A DNA stretch of 64,000 nucleotides from Octopus vulgaris. Taxonomy: Eukaryota. The DNA is taken from contig OX597824.1 of the NCBI GenBank assembly GCA_951406725.2, forward strand, positions 39,246,001 through 39,310,000, in the 5' to 3' direction. Below are positions 42,088 through 55,169 of this stretch, in pieces. Numbering within the stretch: the stretch's first letter is position 1; the number at the start of each line of letters is the position of its first letter. The notes beneath the pieces are model-generated. The model was not told the origin of the DNA. It searched no databases and saw only the letters and a list, made by a program, of their open reading frames with translations. Made by a program: the position numbers and the translations under genes.

Positions 42088-42385
42088 TGTGGAGGCACAT
42101 GGCCTAGTGGTTTGAGCAGCGGACTCACAGTCGAGGGATCGCGAGTTCGAATCTCAGACCGAGTGATATGTATGTTTATGAGCAAAGACATCTAAGCTCC
42201 ACGCGGCTCTAGCAGAACTTCTGCTGACTCTTCCGCCACAACTTTCTCTCACTCTTTCCTCTTGCATCTTGCAGCTCACCTGCGATGGACCGGCGTCTCA
42301 TCCAGGTGGGAAACCTATACGCCAATGAAACCGGGAAAACTGGCCCATTATGAGCCAGGTATGGCTTGAGAAGGAACAAACAAAG
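42088..42385 (+). mobile_element. SINE family B copy
   Basis: TGGCCTAGTGG A-box and GAGTTCGAATC B-box; closely similar to 47102-47408. Confidence 0.85.
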
Positions 42386-42709
42386 ACATTGTAGATACAG
42401 GAAATCGAAGACGACGTATGAGTGTTCGGGTTCTTTTTATTTGTGTTTTTTTTTTTGCCGATCAAATGATTTCTTTATAGGGATCAAATATCCGTGCCTT
42501 CTTGCAAATAGACGTTGCCTGAACAGGTGCACGGGTTAGTACGCGTCAGGTGTTGAAGTGATCACAGAGCAATGTGGCATTAAGTGTTTTGCTCAAGAAC
42601 ACAAGGCACCACCCGATGTAGCAACTGAAACCACGATCTCACGATCGTAAGTGCAACATTTAACCACTAGGTCATGCATCATCACTACAACTACTACTAC
42701 TACTACTAC

Positions 42710-42771
<62 letters not shown>

Positions 42772-43388
42772 ATATATATATATATATATATATTGTATTT
42801 TTATAACTTGTAATGTGTGGCCTTGAATTTAGGAGCTACTCAGTAAAAAGAGACTGCTAATTATGCTAAGACGAATAAAACGAAAGGAAACGGAACGTAA
42901 TCCAGCAGTGTTTTCAAAGCCACTCACCTGATGACGTGCCGGCACACAGCTGCAGCTGGATTATATCTGTTAATATAATTATTTATAATGGTATGGAGAA
43001 CTCATCAATTAACAGCTGTTACCACTGCACAAAAACAATACTTGTGTTTTGTAACTGAAGCCTGTTCATCCTCTGTACACACTAACGGAGTTCCACATGT
43101 ATATGCAGTAACAGAAATAACACTGTAGTGCGACAGCATATGCTAGCCGATAACCGTATAAGAGCTTTAAATGCATGTCTAGGGTTATTACTCCATTTTG
43201 TTTCGAATAAGATTACACACAAATATGTGTTATAAATTGCACAAGACATGTGTAATTATAGATGGCTGAACAAAGTGATTATGTGTAATATGGTTCGAAG
43301 TGGATTATAGTGAAACAACTGTAACCATTGTTAAACGTCTGCTAAATTGATATCTTCAGCTTCGTCTATGTCATATATTTGCATACAT

Positions 43389-43558
43389 AGGTGTGGCTGT
43401 GTGATAACAATTCTGCTTCCCAATTACAAGGTTTCGGGTTTACTCCCACTGCGTGACAACTTGGCCGAGTATCTTCTACTGTAGCCTCGCGCTGACCAAA
43501 TCGTTGTGAGTGAATTCGGTAGACGAAAACTGAAGGAAGCATATCATGTGTGAGTATA

Positions 43559-43608
<50 letters not shown>

Positions 43609-43812
43609 TTTGAGCGTGTGCATATCTCTCACTACCGCTTGACAAGAGGCGTTGGTGTGTTGGTGTCCTCGTAAATTGGCGGTTCCGCAAAATAACCCGA
43701 TAAAGTAAGTACCAGGTCTTACAAAAATGGTCGATTCGTTGAACTAAAATTAGTCACGGTGGTGCTCCAGCATGGCCGCAGTCAAATGACTGAAACAAGT
43801 AAAAGATAAAAG
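43389..43812 (+). mobile_element. SINE family A copy
   Basis: tRNA-like head, (TG)n middle, tail GGTGCTCCAGCATGGCCGCAGTCAAATGACTGAAAC. Confidence 0.8.
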
Positions 43813-45047
43813 ATACATATGGATATAGTTATATATATGAAATACACACCTACACACATACTACATACATACATATATATATGAAATAAAAGAAAGTAGA
43901 AGAAAAAAGAAATACGTGGCGAAAGAGTAGTATGCATTTTGACAGCGCAAGATAGAAAAGAAAGAAAACAACTGATGAATATAATTATTTTTTCCCTAGT
44001 CCGATAAAGAAAGGAAAGGAAATGAGATTTTTCTTGCACATGAAAAATGCTGGTTGCTATATTTTTGACAACGTGTAAAAATTTTCATGGTAGTGATGAG
44101 AAAATGGGCGGTTTAATATTTATATATTGCTAAAAAGTATTATCAGTGTAAGAAGGAAAAAAGATATATAACTTGCCAACTAACGTGACCCCAACCGTTG
44201 ATTAAACATACTCCAAGCTTAGATTGAAAAATAAGGGGAAAAATGAAACAAGACGCGAATGTCATATTAAAAGGACACGAACTGCATATTGAAAATATGC
44301 TGGCTGTATATTGAGGCCATACATTCCGATGACTGATGAAGGTAACTTTAAGATTCTATCAACTGCCCGCCTCTCAACAGGTATTAATAATGGCTTCTCC
44401 TTTGACGCACAAGATAAACACTTTAGTAGGATGAGCATAGTTAATCTAATGGCGCCTAACATAATACTTCTGGTTAACAGTTTATCGATTCTTGAACGAT
44501 CATACTAAAAAGAAAGTGAAAGGAAAGAGGGAATTCGATCCTAGAATGTACCGTAATGCAACTTAAGCGCATTTCCTAGTTATTCCATCCAGGCTACAGT
44601 ACCCGCCAACTCACCACCCTCCTACAATATTAAGCGGTAAGCATTTGTAAATAAACATTAAAGGATGAAAATAAACATTTCATAAGTGCAGAGTTTTGAA
44701 AACGATGAATAATAATTAGTTTGACAAGACATTGAAAAGCTTCAACAGATATATTGGCTCTATAAACTCAATAGGTTTCCCTAAATAAGCAAACCGTTTC
44801 ATATCATTTCTAATTATACGTGACATTTTCACATGTTAAGCTGATTCAGAATTTCATATCGTTACAAATTATCACGGAAATCAAGTTTAATTTTTTTAAC
44901 TTATAACTCTTGACCTGTTCTGACAGCCACGCTCTTTATATTTGTCTATTTTATCGATCTCTACCTCTCAGAGTCACTCTTAATAATATTCCTCTCTCTC
45001 TCTCTATCTCCCCTCTCTCATTTTCTCTTTCCGTCTTATTCCCTCTC

Positions 45048-45102
<55 letters not shown>

Positions 45103-45769
45103 CAGTGGGACTGAACCTGGAACCATGTGGTTCGTAAGCAAGCTACTTACCACACAGCTACTCCTACACCCTATATATATATATAAATATGTATATATAC
45201 GTGTGTGTGTGTGTGTGTATGTGTGTGTGTATACACATGCATACATGACAGACTCTTCTGTGAATGTTTATGTATGTGCCTCTAACGGTTTGGTCAAGTG
45301 TGCAACCTTTCTTTCGCATGCAATTTGGCTGATTATTCAACAGATTCGTGCGTTGTAACATGATTCACAGTTAAATCAGCATGACAGTGTGTGAGAAAAT
45401 TGGATCTTTCAGTTATATGTATTGCCCATCCGATAAGCTGCTCTACAATTTCCAACTGCACTATTCTACTTATATCGCTTCAGTCCGGAGAGTATGATAA
45501 TGCACTCCCAGGAAATACCATGAAGCGTGACCGAACCCGAGAACTCAGTTGTGAAACGAAACTTTTAAACGCTTAGCCATGATTTCTTACAAACCTTATA
45601 AATGAAATACTTCTTGAAAGAAAACGAGGTATCACTCTCTATTATCATTTTCTATGGAAACTAATCCTCCAATTCTCAGCAACTTTCGAATAGTAATCAA
45701 GACAGCATGACAAAACTTACTGCGTCAAACTTAACAAGGCTAAGATAATCCCCACCAAGCCTAGAATTC

Positions 45770-45935
45770 ACCTCTCTCATCTGTGTTGGTTCCAACGCCT
45801 GGCCCTGCATTAATCACATTACCAAGTCCTTTCTTCACAATGCATCATCTCCTTAGAATATCCTTCCTGCTCATATCTTTCCTGCAGCTGTTGAGCTGCA
45901 ACAATTTAAACGGATTAGTAATAACATGAACTTCA
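45770..45935 (+). pseudogene. Old CR1/L2-type LINE 3' end
   Basis: SFLHNASSP*NILPAHIFPAAVELQQFKR resembles the SF..R....WNSLP......L..FK motif. Confidence 0.55.
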
Positions 45936-45989
45936 CTGTCGTACGTACTGCGCATCCCTCTAGTTTCAGACAGAAAGAAAAATATTCCA

Positions 45990-47060
45990 CGTGCTGATCC
46001 TCATGGAAAATACTGAACAATCCATGGCGCGCAAGGTTTTGAACAGTGGATTGTCAACTTCGGAATAAACTGTATTGAATCACTCGTTCGAGAGAGTCTT
46101 TAACCAACTAGTTTTGACATTCAACTAGATGTTCACTAAAATGAATCATCCGAAGTTATACATAAATGAAAAATGTAGTCTGGCAATTAACCTTTTAGAA
46201 GGATCAAACAACTGTTGTCATCTGACTCGGAAGGGATAATTTTCTGTGATGCTTCTGGAGGAACAAGCAACACTTTCCCGAACAGCCTCATTATGGCAAG
46301 AGTTATTTCACTCATCCATATTGTAACTGCAATGGACTCATCGAAAATTACTGCAATTTTGATCACATGTGGCAGAACTGCTCATTCTTCTTTTAAACTG
46401 CACTTCAACCTTGAACAGAATGAAAATCGTGTGTGCAATATTGGCAGAGATTCAGACAAGGAAAATTTCTGAAGCAGTCTACGCTGAAAGTATGTGATGA
46501 CATTGTCACAGACACTTGCGTTTGAGGTTTTCAGTCATAGCTTACACGATTTCATAGGTAGTATTAACATTATGTATGGAACCAGCTGTCAACATTGATG
46601 AGTTCAAGAGAACTATATCATTACAAAAGGCTCACTTGCTGATGAGTTCAGAGTATGCCTCAGACAAACTTATATTTGGTGATGAGAGGAAAAAGCTTCA
46701 TATTTCTACTAACATGAGGCAGTTTCAGAGACAACTCATCCGCTCACTTAATAAATAATTCACGTAGAATGGTGCCAATACTCAGCTGCCAGTTGACGTT
46801 TATCAAGGACATACCAACGTAGAAAGAAAATGCGGATAATAACCAACAAATCTCGAAAGAAATACTGCTGAAATTTTATTCGAGCCTCTCATAGAATAAT
46901 AGAAACCATGAGTGGCTTTCTGAACGTGTGATCCTAATACCTTCAAATGATATGATATTAATGCCAACGTCGTTCAACATGTATTAGACAGTTGCAGTTG
47001 ATACAACTCATTTCACACTATAGTTGACATTCACGGTGCAGCCGACTATATTTCCGCGCA
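45990..47060 (+). pseudogene. Decayed Helitron PIF1-family helicase fragment
   Basis: IFCDASGGTSNTF (from FLDAPGGTGKTF), AMDSSKITAIL, GRTAHSSFKL, CNI and EWLSERVILIP. Confidence 0.8.
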
Positions 47061-47101
47061 ATATACAAGTAAAAGTAAGGGGAGGACAATCGAGAATGTA
47101 T

Positions 47102-47408
47102 GTGGAGGCACATGGTCTAGTGGTTAGAGCAGCGGACTCGCGGTCGAGGGATCGCGGATTCGAATCTCAGACCGGGCGATGTGTATGTTTATGAGCGAAA
47201 CACCTAAGCTCCACGCAGCTCCGGCAGAAGGTAATGGCGAACTTCTGCTGACTCTTTCGCCACAACTTTCTCTCACTCTTCCCTCCTGCAACTTGCAGCT
47301 CACCTGCGACAGACCGGCGTCCTATCCAGGTGGGAAATGTATACGCCAAGGAAACCGGAAAACCGGCCCTTATGAGGCATGCATGGCTTGAGAAGGAACA
47401 AACAAACA
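47102..47408 (+). mobile_element. SINE family B copy
   Basis: tRNA-like head and AACA-type tail; homologous to 42088-42385. Confidence 0.85.
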
Positions 47409-48509
47409 ATAGTCGAGAATGTATAACAAAGGGTTAAACAGAAACTTTCTTTTTATCAGCAGAATAAGATCATGCCTGACAGTGGCGTTACATAAGATTT
47501 GGTGTGAGACAATACCACACAGAAAAAAAGTGTTACATATGAGCGAATACATGCATATACAAACATACATGACAGGCTGTATGAATTATTTAAATCCATG
47601 TGAATGAGCTGCGTTACTAAATTGGAAACCAAGTCTTTATTTATTAGCGAGAAATTTGAAAATTATAACCAGAAGGATATACATACGTGCCAGCATGTAG
47701 AAATACAAAGGCAAGTGAATACTATGCTAGTTTCATTTTGCTTCTGGAAGATATTAATCGAAATATTGTAATCGATATGATAGATCACCGTTTGGCTTTC
47801 TCACCGTCTTGCTATGCTCTTACACGAATGAAAATTGCATGAATGCATAATCGAAGTCAGATTATGGCTTGAGTTATGGATTAGAAATGATTGATTGTTT
47901 TCAATAAGTTAGATGAAATTGCCGGATAGCTATTTTGTAGGATAACATAACTTAATACAATCAGACAGAATAGAAGCGAAAACTAGAGAATCACTACACA
48001 TGTTGAAAATAGTGTAGACGAACCAAATGAGAAACCTATATGTAGTTGATTATTCAGCTAGAAATAGAAGGCGGAAAGCTCCTTCAAAGCACACCTCTAT
48101 TGTTAACTCAATTTTTCTACATACCTTAAAGCCTCTCTCTCTTTCCCTCTCTCTCTTTATATATATATATTATATAAAATCCGTTGTCTGTCCATCCAAT
48201 TGCGCTCAAATTTGATATGTAGATGCCGACGGTATAAGGGCGTATATATGTCTTGAAAAAGTTACAAAAATCGATTCCAGGTGAGAATGTGATCGATAAA
48301 GCTGTGGGAATGTGCATTTGTAAAATCGTTTTTTTTTTTTTAATAGAAAAAAGTCTATCTTTATTTCTTCTTTTGCTGGTGTCTTAAATTTAGGTTAAAT
48401 CAGTGTTTCTCAAAGGGGAGGCCTATGGGACGGTCGGACAAGTTCTTTTGAGAAAATTTGGTTTAAATGTTTGACAACTCAGCATCTTCCATTGGAGGGC
48501 GGTTGCTCG

Positions 48510-48545
<36 letters not shown>

Positions 48546-48572
48546 ACTACATATATATGTATACGTGTGTGT

Positions 48573-48615
<43 letters not shown>

Positions 48616-48856
48616 TGTGTGTGTATTCCTTTCTGTTTCTTTTTCTTATTGTCTGCGTCTGAAGTGTATTGCCCATTGAGACATTTGTCTATTTACATAT
48701 TTATGTTACTTCTTTCATTTCCTCTTCTACACCTTTAACTTACCCTCTCTTTCCACACCTACCATCTTTTCCTCCTTGTCTACCTTTGCCTTATCTTCAT
48801 TGCATTTTGTGGTGATTTCTATGACTATCCAGACAACTAGTATATCTCGAGCGTAT

Positions 48857-49103
48857 CTTTTACTCTTTTAGTCTTTTACTTGTTTCAGACATTTGACTAT
48901 GGCCATGCTGGAGCACCGCCTTTAGTCGAGAAAATCGTCTACAGGACTCATTCTTTGTAAGCCTAGTACTTATCCTGTAGGTCTCTTTTGCCGAACCGCT
49001 AAGTTACGGGGACGTAAACACACCAGCATCGGTTGTTAAGCGATGTTGGGAGGACAAACACAGACACACAAACATATACACACATACATACATATATACA
49101 TAT

Positions 49104-49160
<57 letters not shown>

Positions 49161-49310
49161 GGTCCCGGGTTGAGTCGGGGTTAACCACAGTAAATGAGGT
49201 ACTCAATACATATCAGAGTAAATTAATTTATTTTATAGAAGGAGCTTCTACAGGACTAGAACTGTTTCATTCAAATGAAACAGTTCTAGTCCTGTTAAAT
49301 AAATAAATAA

Positions 49311-49346
<36 letters not shown>

Positions 49347-49503
49347 GACAGGCTTCTTTTAGTTTCCCTCAACCAAATCCACTCACAAGGCTTTGGTCGG
49401 CCCGAGGCTATAGTAGAAGACACTTATCCAATGTGCCACAGAGTGGGACTGAACCCGGAATCATGTGGTTTGTAATCAAGCTACTTACAACATAGCCACT
49501 CCT
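48857..49503 (-). mobile_element. SINE family A copy with an extra insertion in its (TA)n tract
   Basis: Co-linear with 1783-2229, plus a foreign segment at 49158-49300. Confidence 0.85.
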
Positions 49504-50074
49504 ACGCATATAGGTGTAGGAGTGGCTTTTGTTTACTTTTATATTTTGAAGTCGACTGCCATGGGCGATATTACATAACGGTAGTTCCGAATAGTTATCT
49601 GATGTAACTACTCGGAAATTGCGTATTTAATGCTTTCAAAATATCATCTATGCTTTTGTGGTTATTTCAATATTACACAACTCATTTACATGATTGATCC
49701 ACCAAATTCATATATATGCTCAACCAATACTGATCCTCGGGAACAATTTATTGTATCACTCTACAAATATTCACCTCCTAGAATTATTTGAAACACGGTT
49801 CAGCATTTATACGCATTTGGTTCATCTATCGCATGGCTCCCCAAAAATTGTAATGGTGAAACTCAGGTAGGAAATTCAATATAAGCCTGTGTTTATCCTT
49901 GTTTTTCCTACATTTGCTCTGTAGCTCATAACTAGTGATACTACTCAATATTGTAGCTAATTAACAGGTTTAGAGAAAAGAGACTGGACTATGATGTGAC
50001 GCTCGAAAATATATGGGTAGCAATTGAACATCTACTTCTACTCATAATTTCTACTATTTGTGTGTGTGTATGTA

Positions 50075-50126
<52 letters not shown>

Positions 50127-50266
50127 CATACGTATACACACATATTTATGTGTTATTCTCGGAGATTCTGAGGTGCTAAACGTGTCTTTTGGCGTCTATT
50201 TTTCCAGTGTGTGGAGAGGCTTATAGTCAAACCCTTGTTATAATTATGTATATAATTATATATATA

Positions 50267-50316
<50 letters not shown>

Positions 50317-50490
50317 TAGATAGATAGATAGATAAGAAAGTTGGTTTCTGAAAGCACGTGGTTGAATATATAGAAAATAGTAAAAAGTGAAAAAACTACG
50401 GAAGGCTTAAATGTTAAAAAATATATATTTGCGTCAATATGTCTGAAGAATATTAAAAAAATTTGTTTCTCTTATAATGACATAATTTAG

Positions 50491-50529
50491 AAGAAAGACC
50501 GGTTTCGCGTTTAGCTTTTCAAATTTCTT
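50491..50529 (-). ncRNA. Second copy of the hammerhead motif in the inverted 5' pLTR (GUC cleavage triplet)
   Basis: Reverse complement reads AAGAAAUUUGAAAAGCUAAACGCGAAACCGGUCUUUCUU. Confidence 0.65.
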
Positions 50530-53214
50530 GCAACGTTATGTTTATGTTGAACAGGGTTATCGTTATGTTTATGTTCAAAAGAGTTCTAAATAAGGGGATG
50601 TAATGAGTGATTTCTTCCGGTGTAAGGGAGATAATCGCTTAAATTTTTTTCCTTTCCCTTGGTGTGAATTTCTCTGTATCAGTATGTTGGGATGGCAACA
50701 ATACCACCATTCCCCCGACCCAATATCACACAACCTCACAGACAACTCATACAAACAAAATCACACCCAACATTTTTAGCCAGGGACCAGAGACACCAGG
50801 ACACAGGCTGGAACCTAGTAATAAGGAAAAACCGAAGATAATCAATATTTCAACCAAACCTCTTTCTAACATAAAAATTGACATCCTCTCAAAAGGGCTC
50901 AAATTTACACCAACTCCACGCAGAGCCAACCTAAATGAAATCAAGGATAATATAACAGAATTTTGCAGGAAATTAAGACTAGAAGCATCAACCAGTTTCA
51001 ATACTGAAGATGAATCACTAGTCAAGAACAAAAGTCAACACATCCCACACAGAGGAAGAAATAAAGATCTTGACGAATTCTGTAACCACATTGAGAACTT
51101 TCCCTACCATACTATACATAAACAGAAAGTTAACTCAAATTTTAACACCACACAATGGAAAGAACTGATAGAACTTCAAAATGATGAGGATATAACCATT
51201 AAGGAAGCAGACAAGGGAAATGCAGTTGTAATAATGGATACATCATACTACAGAAATCTTGTAATTTCCTTGCTTGATGACGACCTACATTATGAAAAAA
51301 TTACCAACTACACCCCACAAAAAATAATGAAAACTCTATCTTCACTAATTAAAACCCATGAAAAGGAACTAACAACCAAAGAGATTGACTTTCTAACAAA
51401 CTTTAAATGCAAACCTAGCCTTTTCTTTGGTCTGCCAAAAATTCATAAAAGTCAAATTATAAATGAAACCATTAAAAAATCACCAAAGACATACATACAC
51501 ACACCTAACCCGGGGGACCTAAAACTACGACCCATTGTAGCTGGCCCAACCTGTGAAACACACAGACTAAGTCTATTTATGGACATCCTCCTGAAACCCT
51601 TCCTTAAACATATCGATAGCCATATCAGAGATGACTTGGATATGTTAAACCACCTTCCAAAAAAAGCCAAGGAAGAAACAATCCTGGTTTCATTTGATGT
51701 AGTTAAATTTTATACCAGTATACCTCATAATTATGGACTAGAGGCAATACAGTTCTGACAGGACCAATTTCCGGAAGAAATACCAAAAAGGATCAGTGAA
51801 GAATTCATCCTACACAATAACCACTTCATGTTTGACAATACATTTTACCGTCAAAAATCCGGAATTGCTATGGGTACAAGGGCAGCACCAGTCATTGCGA
51901 ACCTAACAATGGGCTACATGGAAATAATCATTTACCAGGAATCTTTATCAATCTTTGGAAACCCTCTTTCTCAATACATAAAAGAGAATTGGAAACGATT
52001 CTTAGACGATTGTTTTATACTCTGGAATGAAAACACAGATAAACTCCTAAAATTTAAAAACCTATTGAACAGCATAAACCCAAATATACAGTTCACAATG
52101 GAATACAACCAAAAGGAGCTCCCGTTCTTGGATATACTAATTTAAAAAATTAACCTTAAAATAGAAACAGACATTTTTTACAAAGCCACAGACGCCAAAC
52201 AATACCTTCTTTTTAATTCATTCCACCCAAGACACACTAAAACAAACATCCCCTTCAACCTTGCAAGAAGGATATGCACAATAGTGTCAGAACAAAATAC
52301 CAGGAACTTTAGACTGCAAGAACTCAAAAACACCCCAATTGACAGACATTACCCAGCTCAACTCATAGAGGATGGGATCAGACGTGCAACAGAAATCAAC
52401 ATAGAAACTTTAAGAAAAGTTCAACACAACAACACACCTTCACCGAAAATACTACCTTACATATCTACATACAACCCCAGAAACAAAGAAGCCTTCACCA
52501 TCATCACCCAGAATTTACCAATACTTCATAAGGACCCCAAATTAAAGGAAATTCTAAACATACACCAAATCATTAAAAGCTACAAACAACCTAAATCACT
52601 TAAAAAGATTCTCACAAAGGCAAAATTGTCTTCTGATATTACGGATGCAAAAGTAAAAAAATGTGGTAGATCGAACTGTGCAACATGTCCAAACCTGCTA
52701 GAAGGATCAGAATTCCTCTTTAAAGAGGGACAGAAATTCAAGATCAAATCTAACTTTACTTGTGCCTCTGAAAACATAATTTATGTCATAAAATGCTCGG
52801 GCTGCCACCAAGACTACGTGGGATCCACGGGACTATCACTCAGACGTAGATGCACACTGCATCGACAACAGATTGCATTCCCAGAATACAGAATGATACC
52901 TTTTAGTGAGCACATTGAGAAATGCACAAAGCAACTACTACCACAATTTTTAATCTTTCCATTTTACCAATGTGCTATCGGTTCATCAACACAAATTAGA
53001 CTAAACAAGGAAACATTCTTCATTGAAAAGTACAAGCCCAGACTTAACCATCCCAACATACTGATACAGAGAAATTCACACCAAGGGAAAGGGGAAAATG
53101 TTTGAGCGATTATCTCCCTTACACCGGAAGAAATCACTCATTACCTCCCCTTATTTAGAACTCTTTTGAACATAAACATAACGATAACCCTGTTCAACAT
53201 AAACATAACGTCGC

Positions 53215-53253
53215 AAGAAATTTGAAAAGCTAAACGCGAAACCGGTATTTCTT
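53215..53253 (+). ncRNA. Putative minimal type I hammerhead ribozyme (U3-A8 variant) in the 3' pLTR
   Basis: AAGAAA-U-UUGAAAA-GC(UAAAC)GC-GAAA-CCGG-UA-UUUCUU. Confidence 0.65.
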
Positions 53254-53469
53254 CTAAATTATGTCATTATAAGAGAAAAATTTTTTTTTAATATTCTTCA
53301 GACATATTGACGCAAATATATATTTTTTAACATTTAAGCCTTCTGTAGTTTTTTCACTTTTTACTATTTTTTATATATATATATATATATATATTTATAT
53401 CAAAAGGTTGTGCTATAATACTATTTCACATATGCAAATACAGCCATACCAACAATCCAACATACTTCC

Positions 53470-53857
53470 ATCATCAACTGCTCCGAAAAAGTGATTTCAG
53501 CTGACCGAAAAGACACTCGGGTTTCAGTTGCACGAAGTCTCCTTGATTGTGTTGAGAACGATGAAAACTTTTGGAAAATGTTGCGTAGGCCTCTGAGCAG
53601 GTACCGCCAAGCTTTTGGCAAAATTTGATGAAGATTCTCTTCTCCACTGACTCTGTCATGGTCAATGCAACAAACACACGCTATACACGTTACTTCCAAG
53701 CACTGCTGTAAACGGCAGAAGTGAGCTAGAACGTTAAAACTTAGTGCGCACGCACAGCAAAGGCCGTGATCAGTCCGTACCGAGCGGCTTTACTGTATAT
53801 GCTTTAGCTTCGTTACTATAACAACAGTCCAGATACTTATTGATCAGACCAGGTGTA
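53470..53857 (-). mobile_element. Mariner-derived non-autonomous relic
   Basis: MTESVEKRIFIKFCQKLG (mariner N-terminal EQR.CIKFC..LG); TIR-like GGTCTGATCAATAAGTATCTGGAC. Confidence 0.65.
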
Positions 53858-54229
53858 TCTATATAAAATTTTATCAAGTAGTTAGCAGGTTAAAATCATT
53901 TTTGTTCATTCCCTCGCTTTCCCCCTGTGCCTATATGATAAATAATGTAGTTTTAGATTTAACGTGTATAAAATTGTGGACATTTGTCTTTGCACTGCGG
54001 ATACATTGTGTTCATATGGTATGTATAAATATTTATAGTTATGTAGTTTCGGTTATGTCATACTGAGGACAGTAAAATGGTATTACATCCTAAACTCTTT
54101 CAACCCATGTCTATTAGATAAATAAGGTAGTTTTAGAAACATTTGACGTCTTTTTCTAGCATGTGGAATTACTCAGTTGTTGCCTTTATTATAATCATAT
54201 TTATGAAATTGAATACTTTGTATAATGTA

Positions 54230-54296
<67 letters not shown>

Positions 54297-54303
54297 TACA
54301 TAC

Positions 54304-54348
<45 letters not shown>

Positions 54349-54982
54349 TATCAGAATGTCCCTAATTCTTCATCAGTTATCAACCAATAGGTAATACTCA
54401 GTTTCGCTGCATTAATGATAAAACTGAGGGCTTCCCATATTGGCAGTGTCCGAAAAAACTTTTTGGCGAAGAATTCAAACTCGAGAGCAAACAAAACAAA
54501 GCAAAACAACAGAGTGTGCGGTTTAGGACGGTGGACAAGGACGAACAGACGAGCAAAATACGGCCTTAGGCTAAGAACACAAGAATGGTGGGTAACGCTT
54601 AGAAGATATCATAAAGGATAGAGAACGGAGAGATAGAGAATTTGAGACTGGTCAGCAACCGGACCAGTGTGAGAATGGGAGAAAGCTGGCTGCGGGTCAC
54701 GTGACAGCAGCAGGCAGAGGAGAAAGACTGCAATTACCTCCCCGTAATTTACCTGTTTCACTTGACAAACCGATGGAATAAGTACTAGGCTTACAAAGAA
54801 TAAATTCTGGGGTCGATTTCTTCGATTAAAGGCAGTGCACCAGAATGACCATTGCTACATGACCGAAACAATTAACGCAATAAAAGACTATACAATTTTT
54901 ATCCCGAGCAACGCCGGCTACCTCTGCTGGTATATGTATATATATATATATATGTGTGTGTGTGTATGTGCGTGTGTATTCA

Positions 54983-55030
<48 letters not shown>

Positions 55031-55051
55031 CATGTATATATGTGTGTATGG

Positions 55052-55169
<118 letters not shown>

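Larger units (their letters stand above)
50366..53377 (+). mobile_element. Penelope-like element (Neptune type) with inverted pseudo-LTRs
   Basis: LSKGLKFTP, IKEADKGNAVV, GLPKIHK, RPIV, SFDV..YTSIP, GIAMGT, RFLDD, LPFLD, CGRSNCATC and IIYVIKC..YVG; at least one stop and frameshifts. 50366-50695 is the reverse complement of 53048-53377. Confidence 0.95.

Noticed and set aside
42887-42934. Hammerhead (GAAACGGAACGUA...CUGAUGA)
   Set aside because: Stems I and II cannot form; the sequence is better explained as a minus-strand splice donor.
46215-46472. Host PIF1 gene
   Set aside because: Walker A motif is destroyed and there are many stops; Helitron-type sequence.
50366-53377. DNA transposon with long TIRs
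   Set aside because: Encodes RT and GIY-YIG with no DDE transposase; the repeats are PLE pseudo-LTRs.
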